A DNA stretch of 64,000 nucleotides from Verrucomicrobiota bacterium (GCA_049523455.1 JBEKMW010000006.1:5731-69730); one strand, 5' to 3'; shown: positions 16,620 through 26,527, numbered from the stretch's first letter. Translations and numbers: made by a program. The notes: a model not told the origin generated them from the letters alone.

Positions 16620-18533
16620 TTGAGCGCACAAACAAACCTGCAGGCCGTGCGCGCCTGGATTTTGCTCTCCGCGTTGCTCGTCGGCACAGGCTGGATTTTG
16701 TCGGCGCTTCACGAATTAAATCGCGGCGGCTATCTGGCGGTTTTTGTCATCGCCACGACAGTGGCGGTCTGGCGATGGCGAAATATCAAAAGTCGTTTCC
16801 CGGAGGCCATCCACCGCGCGCGGCATAAATTGGGGCACCGCTTCAGACGCCTGGCGCCGTTGCTGTTTCTCGCACTGGTCCTGATGTCACTCCTGGCCGG
16901 GTCGCTGTATTTGCCCGGCAACTCCGATGCATTGGCCTACCGGATTCCGCGCGTCTTGCATTGGCTCGGCCGGGAACAATGGCATTGGATTTACACGCAG
17001 GATTCCCGGATGAATGTCGTTGGTTGTAATTTTGAATGGCTGTCGGCACCGCTGATTTTGTTTACCGGCACGGACCAGTGGATATTTCTGATCAATGTAG
17101 CGTCCTATCTGATGCTGCCGGGACTGATCTTTAGTGTTTTTACGCGGTTGCAGGTGAGTCCGCGCACGGCGTGGTGGTGGATGTGGTTTTTGTCCTCCGG
17201 CTGGTGTTTCATCTTTCAGGCTGGCTCGGCCGCCAACGACAGTTGGGCCGCCGTATATGCGCTGGCGATGGTGGATTTTGCGTTGCGCGCGCGAGAGAGC
17301 AAACGAGTGGCCGATTTGTGGCTTTCCATGCTGGCGGCGGCGTTATTGACCGGTGTCAAACAAACCAACATTCCGCTGGCGTTGTTGTGGCTGATTGCCG
17401 CATGGCCCAGCGCCCGATTATTGCTGGCGCGCCCGGGGACGACCGCCCTGGTCGTTGCCGCCAGTTTGCTCGTTTCCGCCGTGCCGGGAACGGTCTTAAA
17501 CATCGAACATGCCGGCAATTGGCAGGGAGTGGCTTCCGGCGTCGAAACCTCGGGCTGGACTGCAGGTTCCGCGTTTTGGAAACTGGTTGGCAACCTGTTT
17601 TCAATTCCGCAGCAAAATCTGCTGCCGCCCTTTTTCCCCCTGGCAGATGTCTGGAATGGAACCATGCAACGCTTTTTGCAAACACCCTTGGGAGCGCATT
17701 TCGCTCCGTTTGAGAAATTTGGATACTTAAGCTGGGGAGTTTCTGAGGCGCAGGCCGGCATCGGTCTGGGGATATGCCTTTTGACCTTGGTTTCGCTCGT
17801 GGGTGTGCGCCGTTTCAGGCCGGCAGCACCGGGTGGAGAAACAAAACCCGGCAGCCATTTTCTCCGATTGATACGGGTGACGCCATGGATCTTGCTGTTG
17901 GTGTTCATGGCGGAAATTTGCACGTATCAAAATGCGCGGCTGGTGGCCGCCTATTATCCGCTCCTGTTCCCGCTGCTGTTGGCCGGGCCAGGACACGCCC
18001 GTCTGGTCCGCCAGCCATGGTGGCAATGGTTTGGCCTGCTGGTCATGCTGCTCGCGGCAGGGATGCTGGTGGTATCGCGAATGCGCCCGCTGTTTCCCGC
18101 ACAAACCATCCTTGTGAAACTTCAGGCAAAGTATCCACACACAAAAATTTTTCCCGAGCTGGAGGCGGCCTATGCCGCCCCCCGAGCCATTTTAACCGCG
18201 GAAAATTATTTCAAAAAGGACCTGCCGCCCGAAGAGCGGGTTATCGGGTATGCCACCACCAACGGGGATTCTGAGCCGGGCCTGTGGTTGCCCTTCGGTG
18301 AACGGCGGGTTGAACGGGTATTGCCGGATGACACGCCGGAACAATTGCGCCGGCGTGGCATACATTATGTCCTGGTGGAGGATCTGGCGCTGGAAGCCGA
18401 CCAGATGACCATTGAACAATGGATGCAACGATACGACGGCAGCCTGGTGGATCAACTGGCACTACCGCTGGACCGCCATAGGCCTCCGGCCCACCTTTAC
18501 CTGGTCGTTATGCATTCTTCACCGGGATTATAA
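16620..18533 (+). CDS. polytopic membrane protein, probably a GT-C fold (ArnT/PMT-like) glycosyltransferase
   Basis: 637 aa. There are about 12 predicted helices in the N-terminal 470 aa, and the first loop GNSDALAYRIPRVLHW resembles the acidic loop of GT-C enzymes. A soluble C-terminal domain follows. The start is TTG at 16620 or GTG at 16647. Confidence 0.5.
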   Translation: MSAQTNLQAVRAWILLSALLVGTGWILSALHELNRGGYLAVFVIATTVAVWRWRNIKSRFPEAIHRARHKLGHRFRRLAPLLFLALVLMSLLAGSLYLPGNSDALAYRIPRVLHWLGREQWHWIYTQDSRMNVVGCNFEWLSAPLILFTGTDQWIFLINVASYLMLPGLIFSVFTRLQVSPRTAWWWMWFLSSGWCFIFQAGSAANDSWAAVYALAMVDFALRARESKRVADLWLSMLAAALLTGVKQTNIPLALLWLIAAWPSARLLLARPGTTALVVAASLLVSAVPGTVLNIEHAGNWQGVASGVETSGWTAGSAFWKLVGNLFSIPQQNLLPPFFPLADVWNGTMQRFLQTPLGAHFAPFEKFGYLSWGVSEAQAGIGLGICLLTLVSLVGVRRFRPAAPGGETKPGSHFLRLIRVTPWILLLVFMAEICTYQNARLVAAYYPLLFPLLLAGPGHARLVRQPWWQWFGLLVMLLAAGMLVVSRMRPLFPAQTILVKLQAKYPHTKIFPELEAAYAAPRAILTAENYFKKDLPPEERVIGYATTNGDSEPGLWLPFGERRVERVLPDDTPEQLRRRGIHYVLVEDLALEADQMTIEQWMQRYDGSLVDQLALPLDRHRPPAHLYLVVMHSSPGL

Positions 18534-18559
18534 CCGCACTTCTTTGTTTCAGACCTGAA

Positions 18560-20194
18560 CTAGAACGCCGGGCGCACCAATTGGAAGAACTGGGCGCCGG
18601 CGCCGGGGGACAGCATCACCATGTTCCGATTGGTCGTGATGGCCGCGGCGTTGGTCACCGGCGTCCACGCCACGGGCGGGGACAAACTGGCGGCGGATTG
18701 GAGCTGAAAACCGGTCGGCGCCAACGGCCAGGAGATAATGGCGTTGCCGTTGGTCCATTGGACGCACAGGGTCATATTGAACATCTCAAACGCCAACGCA
18801 TAGGTTTCCGCCGCGGAAACCTGGTTGAGACTGCCTTGTTTGAGCACCTGCAAATCGTAGCGCCCGGCCGGCAAGACCGGTAAAAAAATATGCTGGACGT
18901 TGTCCACCTGGCTGGTGCTGCAGGTGACGAGGTTGCTGTTGGCGGTGTTGTAGAGAAACAAATCCAGATGGTTGATCGTGGTCTGGTTAGTCTGCTTGTT
19001 CCATTCCAGCGTGGCCGTGAGCGTGAAGGGAATGCCGCCGGGCAGGTTGAAGTAGTAATGATTCACGGTGTCCTGGAAGGACGACGTGGAAATTGAATTG
19101 TAATCCCAACCGACGGGCACGGGCTCATTGTTGGTATTGGCGTCCGGCGGATGCGACGCGCCGCTCGTGATGGAACTGGATTCGATGAACGCGTGCTGGC
19201 CGCCCTTCATTTGTTCCCACGAATTGAAAAGGTTCAACATGCCGGCGCCGTAACGGGCGTCGAGCGGCGCGGACGTGCCGTTGGTCCAGTCGGTGGGCTT
19301 AATGGCGCCATTGAGGATGAGCGCCCGGATGGCGCGCACGTCCGTCGCGGCGTTGGTGTTGGGGCCGCCGTCACCGCGTCTGGCTGCCTGTATCAGGACG
19401 GCCGCGGCGCCCGCGACAAAGGGCGTGGAATAGCTGGTTTCCTGCGCCGGTGAATAGGACGCCGTGATGTCCGGCTTGCACCGGCCATTGTCGAGGGTGG
19501 GTCCATAACTGGAATTGGGGGTGCCGTAAATGCCCACGCCCAAACCGTTGTAGCAACTGGCCGGCGGGTTCACGGGACCCCCGTTGCCGGCGCCGCTGAC
19601 GAACAGGGTGTTGTATTCCGCTGCATAGTTGTCGAAAGCCAGGTCAATGGCCACTTCTTCATTGGAGCCGACATGGACGTATTGGTCGTCCACGTAATCA
19701 ACAAAGTCGTAGCTCTGGTTCACCACCGGATCGTCAATATTGGTTGAAGGCAATGTCACGACATAGTTGGTGATGAAATCAACAACCATGACTTCCTCCA
19801 GCGCGAAATAATTCACATTATAATTGTCCACGTGGGCCACGTTGGTGGCCACGCCGCCGTAGATGCCATACAGCCCCGCCAGGCCATAAAAAATTGAAGC
19901 CACCCCGTCCGCATGGCTCGACTCCGAACCCACGGAGTTGGGAAAGCCCGTCGCCGATTCGAGGTTGGTGGAAAAGTAGGTGAACAGGTCCACCGGCTGG
20001 CCGACCTGGGCGGGATTGACTTCGAAGTCATTGGTGTCCGGGTCGGTGCCCTCCGGTTGCGCCACGCGCACGCCGGCACCCGTGAGCGTGGGGTCAACCT
20101 GCCGCAATACGGTAACGCCATTCGTGTCCAAATCAATGGCCGACAATGAGAAGGAGCAGGAAACAATTAAAAGCGCTGGAATCCACTTGGTCAT
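18560..20194 (-). CDS. secreted subtilisin-like (S8) peptidase with C-terminal beta-sandwich domains
   Basis: The signal peptide is MTKWIPALLIVSCSFSLSA. The S8 motifs are SSHADGVAS (His), SGAGNGG (oxyanion Asn) and ETSYSTPFVAGAAAVL (Ser). The Asp-box position reads VRVAQPEG, with Glu where Asp is expected. Confidence 0.8.
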   Translation of the reverse strand: MTKWIPALLIVSCSFSLSAIDLDTNGVTVLRQVDPTLTGAGVRVAQPEGTDPDTNDFEVNPAQVGQPVDLFTYFSTNLESATGFPNSVGSESSHADGVASIFYGLAGLYGIYGGVATNVAHVDNYNVNYFALEEVMVVDFITNYVVTLPSTNIDDPVVNQSYDFVDYVDDQYVHVGSNEEVAIDLAFDNYAAEYNTLFVSGAGNGGPVNPPASCYNGLGVGIYGTPNSSYGPTLDNGRCKPDITASYSPAQETSYSTPFVAGAAAVLIQAARRGDGGPNTNAATDVRAIRALILNGAIKPTDWTNGTSAPLDARYGAGMLNLFNSWEQMKGGQHAFIESSSITSGASHPPDANTNNEPVPVGWDYNSISTSSFQDTVNHYYFNLPGGIPFTLTATLEWNKQTNQTTINHLDLFLYNTANSNLVTCSTSQVDNVQHIFLPVLPAGRYDLQVLKQGSLNQVSAAETYALAFEMFNMTLCVQWTNGNAIISWPLAPTGFQLQSAASLSPPVAWTPVTNAAAITTNRNMVMLSPGAGAQFFQLVRPAF

Positions 20195-20258
20195 GGCCCG
20201 GTTCAGGGAGTTTTACCAATAGTTAACTCAAGTTTCAACAGGCCGCAACTGGCATCGC

Positions 20259-20440
20259 TGTGCCATGCCATCATGGTCTGAAAATTATTTAACCGCGAAC
20301 CACGCGAAATACACGAACATTCTTCCTAAAAATCCAGTCGAAATTCGATGCGGCCCCAAATCCCCGCCTTACAGCGACCGGCGACCACGGAGACGGGGAA
20401 AACAGGGAAGGTCAAAATCAGAAATACCGGATTCAACCGC
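20259..20440 (+). repeat. MITE-like repeat family, copy D (left half)
   Basis: TGTGCCATGCC...GAAAATTATTTAACCGCGAACCACGCGAAATACACGAACATTCTTCCTAAAAATCCAGTCGAAATTCGATGCGGCCCCAAATCCCCGCCTTACAGCGACCGGCGACCACGGAGACGGGGAAAACAGGGAAGGTCAAAATCAGAAATACCGG. It is colinear with 16251-16425. Confidence 0.8.
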
Positions 20441-20517
20441 TGTGTTAGGCTGGCTTTTTGCCGCGTGGCACCCTAACATGCGCCCGGCTTCCTGACCTGC
20501 GAAACCAACTATTGGCA

Positions 20518-21696
20518 ATGGCGAAAAGCACACTCATCGCGATGGCGTTGGATTATCCTCTGCCCGCCCGGGGGGGGGTGGGTGTCATCGTTGAGTCGTT
20601 ATTGAGGTATTTGGCGCCGGAATATCGTGTGCTATTAATCTCTCCCGATGATCCGAAGGAATTGGAACCGTATTTTTCTGCATCCCGGATATCGGAACAT
20701 ATCCGCATTTCTCAGGCGGATCTCACCCGTACCACCGCGCGGGGCCTGGCGGATGCGATCATCCAGCGTGGCGCGGCACTGGCACACTTTCACGGTGGGG
20801 GAAACTTTACTTGGGGCACACGCCGGGGCACGAAAAGTCCATTTCCTTTTCTTGGCAGCGCGAACGTGCCGGTGATATTCTCGGCGCATCAGATCGGCCC
20901 GTTGAGTGCCGTGTATTATCCCGCCGAACGGCAGCATTGGTTTAAGCTGGCCTTCCTGCCGCTGATTATGGGAGCGTGCACCTATTCACTTTGGCGCACG
21001 AGACAAGTCATTACCGACTCCAAGCATGACGCCAACATGCTGAAACGCCAGTTTCCACTTCTGGCCAGAAGAATTAATTTCATCTACCACTCGCGCCTCG
21101 ATGCCACGGAAAATGTGGCGGTGACAACGGTTGGCAGGCAAAAGACCGTTCTGTCTGTGGGACACGTTGCCATCCGCAAAGGCCAGCACGTGCTCGCCGA
21201 AGCTTTTTCCCGGATCGCCTCGCGCTTTCCGGATTGGAAGCTGGTCATCGCGGGCCCGCTGGTTGAGCCTCGTTGTTCAGACTGGATCGAGCGAATCCGG
21301 CAAGAGCACCATTTAACCGGACGCATACAGTTGATTGGCAGCCAGACCAATCCGCGGGAGTTGATGCAAACGGCCGGGGTTTTTGTTCAACCATCACTCA
21401 TGGAAGCCTTTGGTCTGGCGTTGCAGGAGGCAATGTTTCTTGGTTGTGCCTGTGTGGGGAGTAATACCGGCGGCATACCCGAATTGATTGCGGACAACCA
21501 GACCGGCCGGCTATGCGCGCCAGGCAACCCGGATGCGTTGGCAGACGCCTTGACCGATCTCCTTGGGTGTCCGGAGAAGCGGCAGCGGCTGGGAGAAGCT
21601 GCGCATGCGGACATCATCCAAAAAGGCATGACCGGCCAGGCGATGGCCGCCAATTATGAAAAGATCTATCGGCGGGTGTTGCCGCAGCACCGTTAG
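20518..21696 (+). CDS. glycosyltransferase family 4
   Basis: ORF 20458..21696; the likely start is the ATG at 20518 (MAKSTLIAMALDYP). The GT4 motif is SLMEAFGLALQEAMFLGCACVGSNTGGIPELI. Confidence 0.85.
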   Translation: MAKSTLIAMALDYPLPARGGVGVIVESLLRYLAPEYRVLLISPDDPKELEPYFSASRISEHIRISQADLTRTTARGLADAIIQRGAALAHFHGGGNFTWGTRRGTKSPFPFLGSANVPVIFSAHQIGPLSAVYYPAERQHWFKLAFLPLIMGACTYSLWRTRQVITDSKHDANMLKRQFPLLARRINFIYHSRLDATENVAVTTVGRQKTVLSVGHVAIRKGQHVLAEAFSRIASRFPDWKLVIAGPLVEPRCSDWIERIRQEHHLTGRIQLIGSQTNPRELMQTAGVFVQPSLMEAFGLALQEAMFLGCACVGSNTGGIPELIADNQTGRLCAPGNPDALADALTDLLGCPEKRQRLGEAAHADIIQKGMTGQAMAANYEKIYRRVLPQHR

Positions 21697-21885
21697 TTTT
21701 CAGCCGCTCAGCCGCGTAACGGGCGATCCTGGCCAAGGCTGGGTGGCGGTGGACCAGTGACTGGCCAGCCATGCGCGGGTGGGGGCCGTTGGGAAGCGGA
21801 CCAAAAGTACATTCGAGATTTCCGGGAACTGGATTTCAGGTAAAATGACAGACGGTTCAGTTCGCTTGAAATCTGCACGCCAAGG

Positions 21886-22749
21886 TCATTTACCCTTTCG
21901 ATGCAACCCCACTTTGCGAAAATGCTGCCGGCGTATCTGCCAATATTTCAAGCACATCAAGCAGTGAAAGATCGGCCCGCACACCGCTGCGATCGGGAAA
22001 ATCTTTCTTTCACGCGTCCATTGGTCGCGCAAGCCCCGCAGTGTCCCTCGAATCAGCCGGCTGACGGCTGACCATAAGGGATGAGCGCGTATCTGTTCCC
22101 ATTCCGGGGGCCAAGCCTCGGTTTTCCAACGCCAGCAGTTCAGGTCGGTGGGTTTTCCGAGCAAACAGGACGCGATGAAGGCACGTCCACGTTTGGACTG
22201 GTCGCGGAAAATCATGTTGTGCAAACCATAAGGTGTGCGTCTAGGCTGATGATGCAAAACGAGGTCCAATGATTCAATTTTACCATCTGGAATTACACCC
22301 TGTTCACACATGCCGAAAAACCGCACCCGCTGTTTGTTAAAAAGAAAAATGTGGCCAGCCGGATATCTCTTTGAAACAGTTCGTTGTCCATTCCACATCG
22401 GCCAGATGCACGCAAAGGCGGAAATTTCGGCGGGAGGTTCGGCTGTTTGCCGGAATTTTTTCAACCACGCCTTCAGGTCTTCGCTCGGAAATTCATCGGC
22501 GTCGAACCGTAGAATCCAGTCATGCTTCGCCTGCGCCCAGAGAAACGGCCAATGAGGCTCTTGCAGAAAAGCCGGCGGCCTTTCAAAAAATCGCCCACCG
22601 GCGCTTTCGGCGACCAACCGCACGTTCTGCTCGTCGGGGATATCGTGCTCCACTATCAACTCGTCATAGCAACCGGCTGATTCCCGCAGTAACCGTTCCA
22701 GGAAATCCCGCTGGCGATGGACGCAAACAACCAAGGAAATGGCAGGCAT
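21886..22749 (-). CDS. glycosyltransferase family 2 (LPS-core type)
   Basis: 287 aa. The N-terminal MPAISLVVCVHRQRDFLERLL matches the GT2 beta1 pattern, and a DxD-like RFDADEF is present. Confidence 0.65.
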   Translation of the reverse strand: MPAISLVVCVHRQRDFLERLLRESAGCYDELIVEHDIPDEQNVRLVAESAGGRFFERPPAFLQEPHWPFLWAQAKHDWILRFDADEFPSEDLKAWLKKFRQTAEPPAEISAFACIWPMWNGQRTVSKRYPAGHIFLFNKQRVRFFGMCEQGVIPDGKIESLDLVLHHQPRRTPYGLHNMIFRDQSKRGRAFIASCLLGKPTDLNCWRWKTEAWPPEWEQIRAHPLWSAVSRLIRGTLRGLRDQWTRERKIFPIAAVCGPIFHCLMCLKYWQIRRQHFRKVGLHRKGK

Positions 22750-22758
22750 GGCTGAATC

Positions 22759-23568
22759 CTAATTCCCCGCCTCAAGCAGGCCACACAGTTCGGGAACGGC
22801 GGCAACATAATTCGGCCCCAAAAAATCCTCATCCTGAAACCGGTAGTCACAAAATCTCACCGATCGGGGAAACAATTTTCCGACTTTATATCCGCGGTCG
22901 CCAAAAAATTGATAAAAGTCCCGCAACAAAAATTTGGTCAGCACATTGACCATGCCGTATTCGAATTGCACCACGGGCACCTTGTCCGAAACCAGCGCAT
23001 CCCCAAAACCCTTCAGCACGAGATGTTCCGCGCCCTCGACATCAATCTTCAGCAAGTCAATGGTTTGTATGCCATGCGCAACACAGTAGTCCTCGCCGCG
23101 AGCCACCCTGGCGCCGATCATCTCGGATTTCAAGCCAGCCACGACATCAAACATGGTTGTCAGCCCATCCCCCTCCGGACAATGCTTGATTTTAATTTCA
23201 CCCATTGCCTCAGACAACCCAAAAGGATTTAGCAGGACGTTTCCTTTGTTCGGCGAAAGCCGGGTGGAAAGTTTTTGAAAGGTGGGTGGGCTGATCTCGA
23301 AACAATGTATCGTGGCAGCCGGATTGGCCGCCAGAACCTCCGCCGCCCAGTCACCACGATTAGCGCCCACGTCAAACACGATTTTCAACCGGTTCCTCCG
23401 GGCGAGGGTTTGCACCAGCCACCGTTCGCCGTTAGCGGCAATATCGCTGCTGTGGTTTTCTTGAATGCGATGAAACTCCATGCAAACCGAATCAATTTTT
23501 TTGAGGAGCGTGGGAAAACTCCGCAAAAGTGAGTGGACCCTTTTGGCGGTGTTAAAAATTCGCGGCAT
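22759..23568 (-). CDS. FkbM family methyltransferase
   Basis: 269 aa. VFDVGANRGDWAAEVL, LLKIDVEGAEHLVLKG and VVQFEY are typical of the Methyltransf_21/FkbM family. Confidence 0.85.
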   Translation of the reverse strand: MPRIFNTAKRVHSLLRSFPTLLKKIDSVCMEFHRIQENHSSDIAANGERWLVQTLARRNRLKIVFDVGANRGDWAAEVLAANPAATIHCFEISPPTFQKLSTRLSPNKGNVLLNPFGLSEAMGEIKIKHCPEGDGLTTMFDVVAGLKSEMIGARVARGEDYCVAHGIQTIDLLKIDVEGAEHLVLKGFGDALVSDKVPVVQFEYGMVNVLTKFLLRDFYQFFGDRGYKVGKLFPRSVRFCDYRFQDEDFLGPNYVAAVPELCGLLEAGN

Positions 23569-23785
23569 AGGAACATCGTTTTGTTTGAAATCGCATCAGC
23601 ACTGATTTTCTAAATTGGTGAAATCGCACGCGATAGTAAAGCGGGCGCGGGGCAGGTGGTTCAAGCAAAGAATGACCAAATCGCTGCGCGTCAAGAGAAC
23701 GGGCGGTTTCTTTGCGTGACGAGAATCTTCAGCGGCGAAAGGGCAAGCGCAAACGACCGACGAAATGGCAGGCATAGTTAATCTA

Positions 23786-25051
23786 TCAGCATTTTGCCCC
23801 GAACTTCAGGCGAATGGCACGTCTAAATTCGTGGAAACGCACCCGGTAATAAAACGGCCTCGCAACCACTTGCTCGGCCAAGGAAGGGCCAAATTGGTGG
23901 GCGTCAAGGTAGGCCGCCGTTTCTTTCGCACGCCGCAGATCTTCCACGATGAATGGGTTATCACGGCGTTCGACGGCTGCATGCAGAGCCATTTCCAATC
24001 GGCCGATGGAAGTTGCGGGATCGCTGAGCCAACGAATATGGCTCTGTGCGGCACGCCCGAATTGGCCGCGCAACGCTGCGTCGCCAGCCAGGCGCAAAAT
24101 GGCGTCTGCCATTATGGCGGGTCGGTTCGCCAACAACCCGCATTCGCCATGACGTGCCAATTCGATTTGCGCCTGATCCTGCCAGGGAACCGAGTGGGTG
24201 ATTACCGGCTTGCCCAGATTCATCGGCTCGGCGATACCGTAGCCAAAGCTTTCGCCATTGAGGGCGGTGTGCAACACCACGTCCAATGTTGAGAGGGTCA
24301 ACCGCAACTCTTCGGCATCCGCAGTGGCGGGGAGCATCACAAAGTGGGGGGCGTCGGGCGAGGCGCGCAATGCTGCGGCAATCTCCGGCGGTGGTTCGCG
24401 CAACAGCAGCTTGATATTGGGGTTATGATTCAATGCCAACCGGAAGGCCTCTACCGCCAAATTGGACCATTTGCCCAGGCAAGGCCGGCCCAGCCGCCCA
24501 AAAAGCACCTCCTCGTTTCTCACCCCAATTCTCTGGCGAAAGTCGCGGATCTCCCCCGGGGCGGCCGGTTCCACGGGGTCGAGCGGATAGACGGCGACAC
24601 TGGCGCGCCGGAAAAAGCTTTCATCCAGCCGACGGAATACGCGCCGGGCGGCCTGCACGCTACTGGTCCAGGAAACAAACAAACGAAAATCCGTCCAGGC
24701 ATCCTCCGGCGGATTGTACAAATGCCCGAACACGTTGGTTTGGACCACGGGAATCTTGGGCAATAATTTCAGGGCTTCACCTAAAATATCACCCTCGTGG
24801 GTATGTCCCGGAGCATGAGCGTGGATTACGTCGGGTTGGATTTCCGCAAGAACCGCGGCAACCGCAGCGGCGGAGATCTTGGTCAGGCGAACCGGGACGT
24901 TGTGCAATTCCAATTCCGCCCGGCGCGGGCCATCGGCCAGCGTGACCAGGGTCACGTTGTGCCCGCGTTCCTTGAGCCCCCAAGCCCAGCGGCAGGCCGC
25001 TTTTTCGGTGCCGCCCAAACCCAGACCATTTACGAACACGACGCACGTCAT
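23786..25051 (-). CDS. glycosyltransferase (GT1/GT4, GT-B fold)
   Basis: ORF 23786..25060; the ATG at 25051 gives MTCVVFVNGLGLGGTEKAACRWAWGLKERGHNVTLV. The C-terminal region NGESFGYGIAEPMNLGKPVI is EX7E-like. Confidence 0.75.
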   Translation of the reverse strand: MTCVVFVNGLGLGGTEKAACRWAWGLKERGHNVTLVTLADGPRRAELELHNVPVRLTKISAAAVAAVLAEIQPDVIHAHAPGHTHEGDILGEALKLLPKIPVVQTNVFGHLYNPPEDAWTDFRLFVSWTSSVQAARRVFRRLDESFFRRASVAVYPLDPVEPAAPGEIRDFRQRIGVRNEEVLFGRLGRPCLGKWSNLAVEAFRLALNHNPNIKLLLREPPPEIAAALRASPDAPHFVMLPATADAEELRLTLSTLDVVLHTALNGESFGYGIAEPMNLGKPVITHSVPWQDQAQIELARHGECGLLANRPAIMADAILRLAGDAALRGQFGRAAQSHIRWLSDPATSIGRLEMALHAAVERRDNPFIVEDLRRAKETAAYLDAHQFGPSLAEQVVARPFYYRVRFHEFRRAIRLKFGAKC

Positions 25052-25066
25052 AGAAGGCAAGCAATC

Positions 25067-25780
25067 CTAAGACCTTCCGGTGATTTTGACGCATACCTGC
25101 TCGCTTTTACAATTGTAGGTCAAATAGTCGAAGGCCAGATGCTCGCGGGCGGTGAATTCCTGAAAGGCCTTGAATTCCCCCTCCCGCCAGCCCGGATAAT
25201 TGAAGTATTCGTCAAACACGATGACGGTTCCGGGCTTGATGCGCGGCGCCAGGCAATCGAAAACCGTTTTAGTCGAGGAATACAAATCGCAGTCAATGTG
25301 CAGGAATGCGGCGTCGCCGGGATGCGTGCTGAGAAACCCGGGCAGGGTTTTGTCGAACCAGCCTTTTACCAGGGTGACGTTCGGCCGGACTTTGGGCAAC
25401 GCGGTCACTTTGAAATGGCCGGTGCCGCGACGGTTGCGCCAGCGTTCGGGGAGCCCTTCGAAGGAATCGAAGCCGTAAACCGGATGGTCCACCTGGCGGG
25501 CGATGTGATTGATGGTATGGCCGGAGAAGACGCCGAACTCGAGGTAAAGACCGTCCGGATTTTCGACCTGCTTGAGGCCAAAGCTGAGGACGTCCAGGTA
25601 CGAATCCAAGGGGTCCACACCCTCCAGGTTCCGGGACACAAAATCGGCCGTATCGGCCAAAGCCCGGCGTTGCAATTCGCCTTCCAAGTCGTGCCCGTCC
25701 GCTTCCCGGCTCCGTTGAAGCTCAAAGCGGACAGCCCACCGAAAAGGAGCAAGCGCGCGGGTGATAATGGTTCGCAACAT
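25067..25780 (-). CDS. TylF/MycF-type class I SAM-dependent O-methyltransferase
   Basis: 237 aa. LEFGVFSGHTINHIA, GFDSFEGLP and AFLHIDCDLYSSTKTVFDCLAPRIKPGTVIVFDEY are present. Confidence 0.8.
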   Translation of the reverse strand: MLRTIITRALAPFRWAVRFELQRSREADGHDLEGELQRRALADTADFVSRNLEGVDPLDSYLDVLSFGLKQVENPDGLYLEFGVFSGHTINHIARQVDHPVYGFDSFEGLPERWRNRRGTGHFKVTALPKVRPNVTLVKGWFDKTLPGFLSTHPGDAAFLHIDCDLYSSTKTVFDCLAPRIKPGTVIVFDEYFNYPGWREGEFKAFQEFTAREHLAFDYLTYNCKSEQVCVKITGRS

Positions 25781-25834
25781 GGCGGCAAGATAAATAAACC
25801 GCCTGCCTTGTCGAGGACGCTTTGAACGGGAGTT

Positions 25835-26473
25835 TCACGAGTGATCTTTGACCGCGACGATGGTGTGCGCCAGGGACGGCATGTTTTTGGAGAGGGAATC
25901 GAACATGGAGAAGTCTCGCACCCCGAACAACCGAACCGTATGGGCAAAGAATTTGACCGAGAGCGCGCGGGGATTCCCGAAGCCCGCGCCATAGACGCGG
26001 TAGCCCCGGCGGCGGAATTGCCCGGCGGAGATGTAAGAGAGATGGTGGTCGAATTCATTTTGACCCAGAAAGGTCTCGCTGCCGCCGCGCAGGCATTGCC
26101 AATTGGGGGTGGTGACGATGACGCGTCGCCGGGCGGCGGCTTCGAACTCATCGAGCACCTTCTCCACGACGCTCATCGGCAGATGCTCCAGGACTTCGCT
26201 GGCCAGAATGGTGTCATATTTCGCCCGGGGAATGGCACAGGGGAGTTCCGCCTGCCAGACCTCGCGATACACGCCCAGCTTCCGGGCATATTCCACGTTG
26301 GGGGCGAAGGCGTCCAGGGCATCAACGACCGGTGGCCCGCTCAGGTCCCATTCGCCGTAATTGGTGCGCATGAGGCAACCCCAGCGGCCAAACCCGCAAG
26401 CGACGTCCAGGATGCTGTCGCCGCGAATCAACGGGAGGACGATGGGATCGAGAAAACTGGCAGACGAGCTCAT
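25835..26473 (-). CDS. class I SAM-dependent methyltransferase
   Basis: 212 aa. ILDVACGFGRWG is motif I, and ILASEVLEHLP is the Methyltransf_11/23-type post-II motif. Confidence 0.8.
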   Translation of the reverse strand: MSSSASFLDPIVLPLIRGDSILDVACGFGRWGCLMRTNYGEWDLSGPPVVDALDAFAPNVEYARKLGVYREVWQAELPCAIPRAKYDTILASEVLEHLPMSVVEKVLDEFEAAARRRVIVTTPNWQCLRGGSETFLGQNEFDHHLSYISAGQFRRRGYRVYGAGFGNPRALSVKFFAHTVRLFGVRDFSMFDSLSKNMPSLAHTIVAVKDHS

Positions 26474-26527
26474 GGGCAGGAAAAATGGTTGAGGTTGGTG
26501 CTTATTCGGTGTACGCGATTCAAGAAT

